Notes under the pieces: generated by a model
Seen by the model: the letters and a program-made list of their open reading frames with translations, nothing else
Database searches by the model: none
Told to the model about the DNA's origin: nothing
Origin: an uncultured Candidatus Saccharibacteria bacterium
Lineage (GTDB): Bacteria > Patescibacteriota > Minisyncoccia > UBA6257 > 1-14-0-10-44-23
NCBI GenBank assembly: GCA_964394435.1
Contig: CAYMXN010000001.1
Location: forward strand, 109,739-168,427
Length of the DNA stretch: 58,689 bases
Reading direction: 5' to 3'
Made by a program: the position numbers and the translations under genes
Shown: positions 27,107 to 36,179 of the stretch, piece by piece
How the letters are laid out: every line of letters begins with the position of its first letter
Numbering within the stretch: position 1 is the first letter of the stretch

Positions 27107-27177
27107 GGGCCTATAGTAAAATGGTATTACGCTTCCATGGCATGGAAGAGGTAGGAGTTCGATTCTCCTTAGGTCCA
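27107..27177 (+). tRNA. tRNA-Ala(GGC)
   Basis: Hand fold: acceptor GGGCCTA/TAGGTCC with G3:U70, anticodon arm CTTCC-ATGGCAT-GGAAG, and T-loop TTCGATT. Confidence 0.85.
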
Positions 27178-27210
27178 CAGATTGCACTTAACCTTTTTTC
27201 TGTATTTAAA

Positions 27211-27771
27211 ATGAATACTGATGCGCTAGGGCGAATACTTTATGAGAGTCTTGCTCGGAATGAAAAATACATGGATTCATTAAAGATTGTTCGGCAAAAT
27301 AGCGCGGGAGCAATTTGGCTTATTGGGAGTGGTGTTTATAAAATTCTTTTAAGCGCTCTTTATGGGCGAACTTTTCGTGTAAAAGATTGGGATTTTATTG
27401 TTGAAAAAGTTAGCGCTCCACTGAAGCTTGAAAATGACTGGGAGCTAGCCGAAACAAAACATGGCAACCCAAAGCTTAAAAGGAGTGATTTTGTGATAGA
27501 TCTAATTTCCTTGGACAATATCCATAGCATTAAGGAGAGGAGTATTGAGCCAAGCATTGAAAATTATCTTAGCGGTGTTCCGCTTACTATTCAGTCTATA
27601 GCCTTTGATATTAGCGCGAATAAGCTTTTAGGAGATGTTGGCGTACAGAGTATTTTACAAAGGACTGTCGGGGTTAATAATGAGGCAGAGTATAACTATG
27701 CAGCTGGTATCTACGGTGACCGATATTCGGTAAAGCACTACGCGGACGCGTTAGGACTTCGAGTGGTATAG
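27211..27771 (+). CDS. Hypothetical protein, possible Pol-beta-superfamily nucleotidyltransferase fold
   Basis: The pattern IGSGVY...KDWDFIV loosely fits hG[GS]...DxD. The track ORF start at 27082 overlaps tRNA-Ala, so ATG 27211 is used. Confidence 0.4.
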   Translation: MNTDALGRILYESLARNEKYMDSLKIVRQNSAGAIWLIGSGVYKILLSALYGRTFRVKDWDFIVEKVSAPLKLENDWELAETKHGNPKLKRSDFVIDLISLDNIHSIKERSIEPSIENYLSGVPLTIQSIAFDISANKLLGDVGVQSILQRTVGVNNEAEYNYAAGIYGDRYSVKHYADALGLRVV

Positions 27772-27775
27772 CTTA

Positions 27776-27804
27776 TTGGCAGAATACAACAAATGTTGTA
27801 CTAT
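27776..27804 (+). promoter_or_regulatory. Putative promoter TTGGCA-17-TACTAT
   Basis: Hand-counted spacer. It is followed by a gcgcac-tttg-tgcgcg hairpin and a GGAGG SD. Confidence 0.5.
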
Positions 27805-27856
27805 ACAGATAGTACGTTTTCAGGGCGCACTTTGTGCGCGATTCTGGAGGTGGTTC

Positions 27857-28774
27857 ATGCGAAGGCTCATTTCGGTCATCGCTTTGGCCGCGGTGCTTTC
27901 GCCCGCGGTCATCGTGTCGGCAGCTCCGACGCCGCAGGTCAAGTTTAGCGCCAAGACGGTTGGCCTAGACGTTTCTTGCGAAATCGTTTTCTCGGTGTTT
28001 GATCAGCTCGAGGAGTTCAAGACGTTCGAGCTTTGTGCCAAGCCCGGGTATGTGTTTCCGGCGGTGGCGAGCACGACGATGCAGATGCGTGGCAAAGATG
28101 AGAAGGATGTCCGGACGTGGGAGGTCGCTCGATCGGATGACGGTGACCGTATCGTTTTTCGGATTGACGAGCGCAAGCCCGTTACTAACGGGAAGTACAC
28201 GTTCATGTTCCAGTTCGCTGATTCGGTTGGGTCGGGCTTGGTGTCTGCGAGCCTGTGCGCTTCGGTGGCGTTGGCCCCCGGCAAGAGCCTGGTGATGTGG
28301 AGTAAGGTTGTGGACGACAATGCGGGTCAGATTCCGCAGATTCGTCTCGATCTGTTTGCTGCGGGCTTCAATCGCGGAGGGTCGCTACTTGAGCAGGGTT
28401 CGGTTACCAAGCTCTTGATCGATGTCGACCCGGCGTTTGTCGGCTTGGAGTATGAGCTGCAGATTTCGAACTCTCGGTTCGGACTCGGGCTCGCCAGCCA
28501 GGCGGCGCTGGCGATGACGCCGGTCGCAGCAAACGATGAGCAGTTGAAGCTGCTCATGAGCTGCTTCAGCTATCCGAGTGGTAAGATTAACCGCGAAGGT
28601 CGCAGCGACCTTTTGCCGGTACTCGATACCACTCCGCTCAAGGTGGCGAAGGTGTCGACCGGACTCGACTTTGAGGTTCGGTTGATGCTCAGGCGCAACG
28701 GCGAGCTGTGGCTGGCGAGTAAGCCTCTGCGTATCAGCGTTGTGCCGAAAGGCGCGAAGCTGGCGCGCAATTAG
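27857..28774 (+). CDS. Secreted hypothetical protein (GC-rich cassette)
   Basis: GGAGG lies 6 nt upstream of ATG 27857. The signal peptide is MRRLISVIALAAVLSPAVIVSAAP. No family is recognised. Confidence 0.6.
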   Translation: MRRLISVIALAAVLSPAVIVSAAPTPQVKFSAKTVGLDVSCEIVFSVFDQLEEFKTFELCAKPGYVFPAVASTTMQMRGKDEKDVRTWEVARSDDGDRIVFRIDERKPVTNGKYTFMFQFADSVGSGLVSASLCASVALAPGKSLVMWSKVVDDNAGQIPQIRLDLFAAGFNRGGSLLEQGSVTKLLIDVDPAFVGLEYELQISNSRFGLGLASQAALAMTPVAANDEQLKLLMSCFSYPSGKINREGRSDLLPVLDTTPLKVAKVSTGLDFEVRLMLRRNGELWLASKPLRISVVPKGAKLARN

Positions 28775-28788
28775 GCGGTGAAGATGGT

Positions 28789-28819
28789 CCCGCTCCGATG
28801 CAAATCGGAGCGGGTTTTA
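28789..28819 (+). terminator. Intrinsic terminator
   Basis: cccgctccga-tgcaaa-tcggagcggg-tttt. Confidence 0.8.
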
Positions 28820-28823
28820 TCTT

Positions 28824-31289
28824 TTAGAAGTCTGGAGGAAGTGGGCGAGGGGTTGTCGGTTCTGGCTTTTTCTCAAGCGCGGCAAATTTTGCCATTATTT
28901 CGAGCTCTACTTCTTTTTTGTCCCGACCATAGGTTTGGCGTGAGAGTTCTTTCGCTTTAGTAGCCATTTCGGCGCTCCCATTTTTCACCAGTAAGGTTTT
29001 CATACTAAAGGCTGGAGCGGTTTGTCCGCCGATGAGGAGCTTGAGATAGCAGTTATAGTTATCGATGTTAATTAGGTCCGCAGCGGAAACGTTTGGAGCG
29101 AACTGTTTCTCGAGAAACTCTCCATCTTCAGCGCCAATACGGAAGACCGCCATTGAGCCGACGTTACCAAACACGGCTTTTTTAATTTCATCAGAGAGTT
29201 GTCCGATGAATTGGTGGGCGATAGTGAGGTCGAGTTTGTATTTACGGGCTTCAGAAAGAATCGTCTCAATTGAGTTGGTAGTTACGTTTTGGAACTCATC
29301 AACGTAGAGGTAAAACGGTTTGCGGTCTTTTTCGGGAATGTCGACGCGACTAAAGGCGGCCATTAAAATCTTACCGATCATAATAAGTCCGATCAGCGAG
29401 GAGTTGAGTTCACCAAGACGTCCCTTAGAGAGGTTGATGAGTAGGATTTTTTGACTATCCATTACTTCACGGAAGCGAAAAGCTGATTTTTCCTGCGTAA
29501 CAATCGGACGCATAATGTCGTTGCTCAAAAATGAGTCAAATTTTGAAGAGATGTACGGAACGACATTTTGCAGGCTCGCTTCACCACCGGCCTTTTCAGC
29601 CATATCGCGCCAAAATGTTTTAACGAGCGGGTTGGTGGTTTTGGTGAGTTTGTAGTCGCGGAACTTTTTGTCCGTTAAGACGCGGTTGATTTCAAGTAGG
29701 GTGTTGCCACTGGCTGGGTCGTCCATTACTAGGGCGGTAGCGTTTCTGAAGTATTGCTCAAAGATCGGGCCTCCGGCTGCTTTCATATCGTAGAGCTTAT
29801 TAAATATCTCAAGCAGTTCGTTGATGATAAAGGTTTTTTGCTCCGGGAAGTTTGGATCGTATTCGAGCATATTCAGTCCCATTGGGCGACTCACATCTCC
29901 CGGGTTGAAGTAGATGACGTCTTTTAGGCGGTGTTCAGGGACGTACTCAAGGAGTTGTTCGGCCATATCGCCGTGTGGGTCGATAAAGCAGACGCCGTGA
30001 CCGGCTTCGATATCCTGCACGATCATATTTTTCATAAAGTACGTCTTACCAGTACCAGTCTGTCCGATAACGTAGAAGTGGCGAGCGCGATCTTCTTCGC
30101 TCATATGGATTTCGGTTTCAACGCCTCGGAAGGTGTTTTTTCCAAGAAGTAATCCAGTCTTTGGTGTATTAAATGGTGCCTGGACGATTTTTGCCTTAGT
30201 GCTGGCGACGTTGACCGAGCCAATGACGGTGTTTGGAAGGTGGATGATGCTCGAAAGCTCTTCTGTGGATAAAATACTGCTTGAGGCAGGATCTGGGGTG
30301 CGGAAGGAGAATTGGTAGATGAGTTTTTGTAGATTGCGACCACTCAACTGATTGATGCTGATATCGTTCATACCTTCGGCAACCAATTGATTGAGTGGGA
30401 TGACGAGTTCCTGGAATAATCCGCCGGCCCGTGGAGCATTTCTCGCAGAGGCGATAACGCGAATGTTTGTTGCGAAGAGCGGTTTTTGTGATTTACGTAG
30501 AACTGCTTCGGCGAGCGGTTCGTTTACTGGACCATTTGAGTCTTCGTTGGTTTGTTTTTCTGGTGAAAATGCTTTTTTAACTTCACTTTCTTTCGCAGCG
30601 CTTAACGCCTTACCGAGCGTCGCTCCCTTTTTCAGGTGGCGAGCGATCTTTGAAAGATACTCGTTAAAGTGCGACGGTGCTTTTTGGGCGACGATTTGTA
30701 GAGCGAGTCCTTCGCCCTCGCTCGCGACTTTCGAAAATGCGTTTAAAATACTCGCGAGCGGGTCGGATTCGAGGTTTTGATAGCTTCGCAGTGGAAGCGA
30801 TTTGTTTTTTGAGCGAACAAACGCGCCGGCAACTGCGCTGTCTGGATGGAATATCGTATAGTCTTTAGCTGGTTCGATTGCGGCCTCGGGATAGACGCCC
30901 TCGATCATTTTTTCAACTGCACTTGCGTATTTGCGTGGAACAGCGAGATAAAATAATGCTTCTTGGCCTATATGCGGCACGACAATTTCGATGCTAAAAA
31001 ATGGCTTACCGTAGAGCCAGGCGTGAAAGCCTTTTTCTTTAATGGTCCCAAGTTGCGAATAGACCTGCTCCATTAGTGCGATTTTTTCGCGTAGTTCGGC
31101 GACGCCCACTTTGTCATTTTCATTTTTAAGTGCTCGAGGAAGTTTGATTTGGAGGAGTTGGAGCGAGAAGGCGTGTGCTATCTCTCCTTTGGCGCGCAGG
31201 CGAGCCCGAATAATTACCGTAGTAATGGTAAAAGCTAAAAGAATGGCTATGGCAAAGATTGCAGAGAAGACGAGGGCGCCGATTTGCAT
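28824..31289 (-). CDS. Membrane-anchored P-loop ATPase of the FtsK/HerA - TraD/VirD4 (type IV coupling-protein-like) kind
   Basis: N-terminal TM helix, Walker A GQTGTGKT, Walker B LYVDEFQN, and a downstream ARKYKLDLTIAHQ motif. 821 aa. Confidence 0.65.
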   Translation of the reverse strand: MQIGALVFSAIFAIAILLAFTITTVIIRARLRAKGEIAHAFSLQLLQIKLPRALKNENDKVGVAELREKIALMEQVYSQLGTIKEKGFHAWLYGKPFFSIEIVVPHIGQEALFYLAVPRKYASAVEKMIEGVYPEAAIEPAKDYTIFHPDSAVAGAFVRSKNKSLPLRSYQNLESDPLASILNAFSKVASEGEGLALQIVAQKAPSHFNEYLSKIARHLKKGATLGKALSAAKESEVKKAFSPEKQTNEDSNGPVNEPLAEAVLRKSQKPLFATNIRVIASARNAPRAGGLFQELVIPLNQLVAEGMNDISINQLSGRNLQKLIYQFSFRTPDPASSSILSTEELSSIIHLPNTVIGSVNVASTKAKIVQAPFNTPKTGLLLGKNTFRGVETEIHMSEEDRARHFYVIGQTGTGKTYFMKNMIVQDIEAGHGVCFIDPHGDMAEQLLEYVPEHRLKDVIYFNPGDVSRPMGLNMLEYDPNFPEQKTFIINELLEIFNKLYDMKAAGGPIFEQYFRNATALVMDDPASGNTLLEINRVLTDKKFRDYKLTKTTNPLVKTFWRDMAEKAGGEASLQNVVPYISSKFDSFLSNDIMRPIVTQEKSAFRFREVMDSQKILLINLSKGRLGELNSSLIGLIMIGKILMAAFSRVDIPEKDRKPFYLYVDEFQNVTTNSIETILSEARKYKLDLTIAHQFIGQLSDEIKKAVFGNVGSMAVFRIGAEDGEFLEKQFAPNVSAADLINIDNYNCYLKLLIGGQTAPAFSMKTLLVKNGSAEMATKAKELSRQTYGRDKKEVELEIMAKFAALEKKPEPTTPRPLPPDF

Positions 31290-31294
31290 AGGCG

Positions 31295-31696
31295 TTAGGC
31301 GTTAGTGATTTTGCGTGCGTCTAAGAGCTTTTGGTAGTACTCATCGATAAGCCGATCGTGAAGGGCATCGATCAAAAATGGGTCGTTTTTTGCTTGTTTG
31401 ATTGCTGATGCGATACCTTGGTCAAATGCGATTTGAATGAGTGTAGCGATGGCTTGTTCTTGGATAGGGGTGAGATTTGTGGCTTGCGCTGAAGCTGTTT
31501 GTGGTTTTGTGCTTGATGTAGCTGCTGGCGCTTGAGTTGTCAGAGTTATTCGTGCGTGCTCGCTAAATACATTTTTAAAAACTTCTTTTTCTGGCAGCGC
31601 TGGGGCACCTGATTCAATCAGTTGCTGTTTCTTGGCTTGGAGGCGCGCTTCGAGTTCAAGAATTTCTTTATTCAGAGGAGAGATTATTTCTGCCAT
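31295..31696 (-). CDS. Hypothetical helical protein, co-oriented 5 nt upstream of the ATPase
   Basis: 133 aa with an N-terminal coiled-coil-like segment and a T/S/A/Q-rich linker. Confidence 0.5.
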   Translation of the reverse strand: MAEIISPLNKEILELEARLQAKKQQLIESGAPALPEKEVFKNVFSEHARITLTTQAPAATSSTKPQTASAQATNLTPIQEQAIATLIQIAFDQGIASAIKQAKNDPFLIDALHDRLIDEYYQKLLDARKITNA

Positions 31697-31811
31697 ATAG
31701 TACTTAGTATATCATATGAGCTAATCTGTTTTAGCTTTCGTGCTTTTAGTGGAGCTAAATTTCCTACTTTTCCTACTTGTATGATTAAGATTTTTCTGAT
31801 ATGCTCTGGGT

Positions 31812-32057
31812 ATGTCGAAAACCTTGAAGTGCCAGAAAGAATTTTTTGGAACTGCTACAATTAATAGTAAGGGGCAGGTTGTTATTCCAGCGCAGGCTCG
31901 TGAGGCGCTTCATCTTGGCTCTGGAGAGAAGTTGCTTGTATTTGGTATGGGGGAAGAAGTAGTCGCCCTCATTAAACCAGATATGGTTCAGCAGCTTGCA
32001 GCACATTTGTCAAAAAATTTGGCAGCAGTAGAAGCTGCTATTAAGAAAAATAAGTAA
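31812..32057 (+). CDS. AbrB/MazE/SpoVT family DNA-binding protein
   Basis: SpoVT-AbrB motif TINSKGQVVIPAQAREALHL. Confidence 0.8.
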   Translation: MSKTLKCQKEFFGTATINSKGQVVIPAQAREALHLGSGEKLLVFGMGEEVVALIKPDMVQQLAAHLSKNLAAVEAAIKKNK

Positions 32058-32062
32058 TTATT

Positions 32063-33559
32063 ATGAAAAAGTTTTTTAAACGGAAATTGATTCGCTGGAT
32101 TCTGATTGGAGCTGCAGTTGTTGTTCTTGGTTCGATTGCTTTTGGTAAGTCCCAGCCGGCTCCGCGTGAGACGTTTACGGTTAAGCGTGCGGATATCCAG
32201 GAGTTTGTTAAAGAGACGGGTCAGGTGAAGCAAAAAAACTTTGCTTCGCTTCGTTTTCGTACGACGGGTACGATTTCATCGCTCTTAGTTGATGTTGGCG
32301 CTAAGGTAAAGACGGGCCAATTGTTGGCGCGTCTTGATGACTCGGATTTACAGAAGAAGCTCGTCCAGGCGCAGGCTGATTTGAACTCGGCGGAGGTTAC
32401 GTTGCTTAATAGCAAGCAAGGTTTGAGTGATTCGGATTTAAAGAGTGAGCAGGCCTTAAATATTTTGTATGTTGCTGCTCCATCGACGTTTAATGATATT
32501 TTGAATGATTCGCTCAAGGCGTATACCTCATTTATCACGTTTTATGATTCGGTTGGCCGTTTGAACTCGACCATCTCAAACGTGCTTTCGAGTGCCCAGC
32601 TGATTAATAATGCTGAAAATGCTAAACCGCTCGCAGACGGCGCGATGAAGATTGTTGCTACCCAGCTTCAGAATTTCCCACTTTCACCAAGTCGCGATCA
32701 GGTTGATGGAGCGCTTTTGGCGATTGCGAAGCCACTCCAAACTCTTCAGTCCTCCCTTAATACGCTTATAGAGACGATTAACGCTATTCCGACAGGAACT
32801 GTTTCGGCGACCAATCTTGAGACGTACAAGTCTGCGTTAACTACGGCTAAGGATAATATGAACGCGGCTCTATCGAGTCAGATTACGCTTGCTAAGAATA
32901 TTAAAGATGCTCAAGTTACGAATTCTTTGAATGGCAATGATGCGCAGTCAACATATCGCTTGAATCAGGCTAAGCTCGCTTCAGCAAAAGCTGCAGTAGA
33001 GATCGCTCGCCGGAATTTAAATGATGCGTATTTATATGCTCCAATCAGTGGAGTCATTGCGGTGAAGAGTAAGCAGGTTGGTGAGTCGGTTTCGACTACT
33101 GATCAGATTTATTATCTCCTTGGGGAGGGTGGGTTGGAGGTTACTGCAAATGTTTCTGAAATTGATATCGCGAAAGTTGCGGTTGGTAATTCGACTTCGA
33201 TTACACTTGACGCGTATGGGCAAGAGGTTGTCTTTGGTGCTCGCGTAGTGACGATTGATCCAGCCGAAACTATTATCAACGGTGTTTCAACTTACAAGGT
33301 AACTTTCGCATTCGATGCGGCTGATGAGCGTTTGCGTTCTGGTATGACGGCTAATATTAAGATCGCAACTCAAAATCGTACTAATGTTTTAGTTGTTCCG
33401 CTCCGTGCAATTTCGACAAAAGATGGTGTAAAGACAGTTTCTGTACAGGTTGGCGAGCAGGAGCAATCCGTAGCTCTTCGTCTTGGACTTAAGGGAGATA
33501 ATGGTATGGTCGAAGTTTTGGACGGCCTCAAGGAAGGTGACGTAGTTTTGGTTGATTAG
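32063..33559 (+). CDS. HlyD/MacA-type periplasmic adaptor (membrane fusion protein)
   Basis: N-terminal TM helix, a long coiled-coil middle, lipoyl/beta-barrel-like ends, and a position upstream of FtsX/ABC genes. Confidence 0.8.
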   Translation: MKKFFKRKLIRWILIGAAVVVLGSIAFGKSQPAPRETFTVKRADIQEFVKETGQVKQKNFASLRFRTTGTISSLLVDVGAKVKTGQLLARLDDSDLQKKLVQAQADLNSAEVTLLNSKQGLSDSDLKSEQALNILYVAAPSTFNDILNDSLKAYTSFITFYDSVGRLNSTISNVLSSAQLINNAENAKPLADGAMKIVATQLQNFPLSPSRDQVDGALLAIAKPLQTLQSSLNTLIETINAIPTGTVSATNLETYKSALTTAKDNMNAALSSQITLAKNIKDAQVTNSLNGNDAQSTYRLNQAKLASAKAAVEIARRNLNDAYLYAPISGVIAVKSKQVGESVSTTDQIYYLLGEGGLEVTANVSEIDIAKVAVGNSTSITLDAYGQEVVFGARVVTIDPAETIINGVSTYKVTFAFDAADERLRSGMTANIKIATQNRTNVLVVPLRAISTKDGVKTVSVQVGEQEQSVALRLGLKGDNGMVEVLDGLKEGDVVLVD

Positions 33560-33564
33560 TACTC

Positions 33565-34866
33565 ATGAGACGCGCGTATAGCTCATTTCGTTCGCTTCTT
33601 ACTTCGATACGAGTCGGTTGGTTTTTAGCTATTCGTAGTATTCGTCATTCGAGTAAGTGGACGACGGGACTGATCACCTTTATTATGGTGCTCACGTTTT
33701 TGAACCTTGTAGTAGTCTCGGGATTACTCTCGGGACTTATTGCCGGTTCATTTAAACAGTTTCGTGAGAGCTACTCGGGGGATGTGATTATTACCGCTGC
33801 GCCGCAGCAGGATTACATCAAAACTTCCGCAAACCTTATCTCGTTTCTCGAGCATCATCCAAAAGTAAAGGCCATTTCTCCGCGGTATGCGGTTGGTGCG
33901 CAGGTGCTTGGGACGCTTAATGATCTTCCGGGTAAGGGTGAGCGCGCAAATCAAATCGGTATTCGAGCGGTTGGTCTTGATCTTGAAAAAGAGGAGGTGG
34001 TGACTCATTTTTCTCGGTTCTTGGAGTATGGTGAGATGCTTGATCCGCATGAAGAAGGATATATTTTGATTGGGGCGAATATGCTTAAAAAGTTTTCGTC
34101 TTTTGCTGATGCTGACATTCCGGGACTTGATCTGCTTACTGGTGTGGATGTCGGTAGTCGTGTTCGTTTAACGGTGAGCAACTCTGATGGAACGGTGATG
34201 CAGAAGGATTTTACGATTAAAGGTATTGTAAAGAGTAAGGTTGATCAGATTTCAACGCGCTTGTTTATGCCGGATAACGAGTTGCGTCGTATGATTTCAG
34301 TTAATAAAGAAGAGGTGCAAGAGATCGCTATCTCGGTTGATCCACTTTATGCGCCAATATTGGTTAAGCATGTGACCGAGTTTTTGTCTGATCCGACTGC
34401 GGCGCGCGTTCAGACCTCTGAAGATGCAATCCCTTCATTTTTGCGCGATATTGAAACTACCTTCTCGGTTTTAGGAAATGCACTTTCTTCAATCGCACTT
34501 ATCGTGGCTTCGATTACGATTTTCATCGTTATTTTTATTAACGCGATTACGAAGCGCAAGTCGATTGGTATTATGAAGGGTATTGGTATCCCGCCGCGCG
34601 TTATTGAGTTTTCGTATCTTTTCCAGGCGACTTTTTACGGCATTATTGGTTCGATTATTGGATTAGTTCTTACCTTTGGCTTTTTAAAGCCGTATTTTGA
34701 TGTTAATCCAATTGATTTTCCGTTTTCAGACGGTATCTTGGTGGCAACGCCGACGGGCGCGGTTATTCGTGTGGCTATCTTGCTCGTAGTTACCTTAATT
34801 GCGGGTTATATTCCCGCAAAACTCATTGTGCGTAAGAATACGCTTGATTCAATCTTAGGACGTTAA
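33565..34866 (+). CDS. ABC transporter permease, FtsX/MacB type
   Basis: TM1 plus a large extracytoplasmic domain plus a C-terminal 3-TM FtsX domain. Confidence 0.85.
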   Translation: MRRAYSSFRSLLTSIRVGWFLAIRSIRHSSKWTTGLITFIMVLTFLNLVVVSGLLSGLIAGSFKQFRESYSGDVIITAAPQQDYIKTSANLISFLEHHPKVKAISPRYAVGAQVLGTLNDLPGKGERANQIGIRAVGLDLEKEEVVTHFSRFLEYGEMLDPHEEGYILIGANMLKKFSSFADADIPGLDLLTGVDVGSRVRLTVSNSDGTVMQKDFTIKGIVKSKVDQISTRLFMPDNELRRMISVNKEEVQEIAISVDPLYAPILVKHVTEFLSDPTAARVQTSEDAIPSFLRDIETTFSVLGNALSSIALIVASITIFIVIFINAITKRKSIGIMKGIGIPPRVIEFSYLFQATFYGIIGSIIGLVLTFGFLKPYFDVNPIDFPFSDGILVATPTGAVIRVAILLVVTLIAGYIPAKLIVRKNTLDSILGR

Positions 34867-34870
34867 TTAT

Positions 34871-35545
34871 ATGATTCGAACTAATAAGCTTGTTAAAACA
34901 TACGGAACCGGGGATTTGGCACTCACTGTTCTTAAATCTATTGATTTAGAGATTAAAGACGGCGAGTTTGTGGCGATTATCGGTCCATCGGGAGCTGGTA
35001 AGTCCACCTTGCTCTATCAGCTTTCACTTCTTGATGTGCCGACTAGTGGTGATATTTTTATCGATGAGGCGGCTGCTTCAAAATTGAGCGAAGACGGGAA
35101 GACTGCGCTACGCTTGAACAAGCTTGGATATGTGTTTCAAGACTATGCGCTTTTGCCGGAGTTAACTGCTTTAGAAAATGTATTATTGCCAATGATGGTT
35201 CAGCGTATGGATCCGGCTTTGGCACGTAAAAAAGCCGAAGTGGCACTTGCTAAGGTTAATCTGTCTGACAAGCTTCACAGTAAGCCGAGTACACTTTCGG
35301 GTGGTCAGCAGCAGCGCGTGGCGATTGCGCGTGCGATTTCGCACGAGCCGCATATTTTGTTTGCTGATGAGCCGACTGCAAACCTTGATTCGGGGAGCGC
35401 CGGTCCGGTCATCGACTCGTTTTTGGAGATTAATAAACTTGGACAAACCATTATCATGGTTACGCACGAAGAAGAGTATGCTCATAAGGCTTCTCGTATC
35501 ATTACGCTGCGTGATGGACGGATTGTATCGGATGTAAAACGGTAG
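34871..35545 (+). CDS. ABC transporter ATP-binding protein (MacB/LolD-like)
   Basis: Walker A GPSGAGKST, signature LSGGQQQRVAIARA, and Walker B ILFADEPT. Confidence 0.95.
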   Translation: MIRTNKLVKTYGTGDLALTVLKSIDLEIKDGEFVAIIGPSGAGKSTLLYQLSLLDVPTSGDIFIDEAAASKLSEDGKTALRLNKLGYVFQDYALLPELTALENVLLPMMVQRMDPALARKKAEVALAKVNLSDKLHSKPSTLSGGQQQRVAIARAISHEPHILFADEPTANLDSGSAGPVIDSFLEINKLGQTIIMVTHEEEYAHKASRIITLRDGRIVSDVKR

Positions 35546-35573
35546 GCGTTTTTCATAGTGGTATACTTATAGT

Positions 35574-36086
35574 ATGAGTCTTTTGAAAAAGGCGCTTGCG
35601 TTTCTTGGAGCAGAGCTACATAAAGAAACGCAACGTTTACTTTTTAATATCTTGATCGCTTTTGTGGCGACCTTTACGATCGCCCACCTCTATTCGCTAT
35701 TTGTTCCGTTGTACGTCTTTTTATACGGATATCACATTCACCATTTCTACTATGGGATGTTTTTGCTCGCCGTTGCTTCGATTGTCGGGATTCTTACTAA
35801 TCGCGACAAGATGCGCCATATCTTAAGTTATGTCATTGGTGTTGGCATTGGTTTGATCGTTGATGAGCTTGGGCTTTTGCTTAATTGTACGGGCGAGAAG
35901 GTGGGGCTCGCGTGTCAGTATTTGTTTCCTAATACGTTTGATATAGTGACGATTGTTTCGGTGATTTTGCTTGTGCTTATTTTCTTTGGTGATAAGCCTG
36001 TGCATTGGTTTTTGCCAAAGTCATGGCAAAACAATCGGACGCTTAATACCAATCTGACTAAGCATCTCGATCGGTTGTTTCAGTAG
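35574..36086 (+). CDS. Hypothetical polytopic membrane protein
   Basis: About 4-5 hydrophobic helices. Confidence 0.5.
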   Translation: MSLLKKALAFLGAELHKETQRLLFNILIAFVATFTIAHLYSLFVPLYVFLYGYHIHHFYYGMFLLAVASIVGILTNRDKMRHILSYVIGVGIGLIVDELGLLLNCTGEKVGLACQYLFPNTFDIVTIVSVILLVLIFFGDKPVHWFLPKSWQNNRTLNTNLTKHLDRLFQ

Positions 36087-36179
36087 TCTTTTTGGCGTAT
36101 AATAGGCTTTATAGCTTGGTTTACGGGGTTTTGTCGTCCCGTGTGCTAGGCGTGGTTATAAGATAATTAACTGAATATT

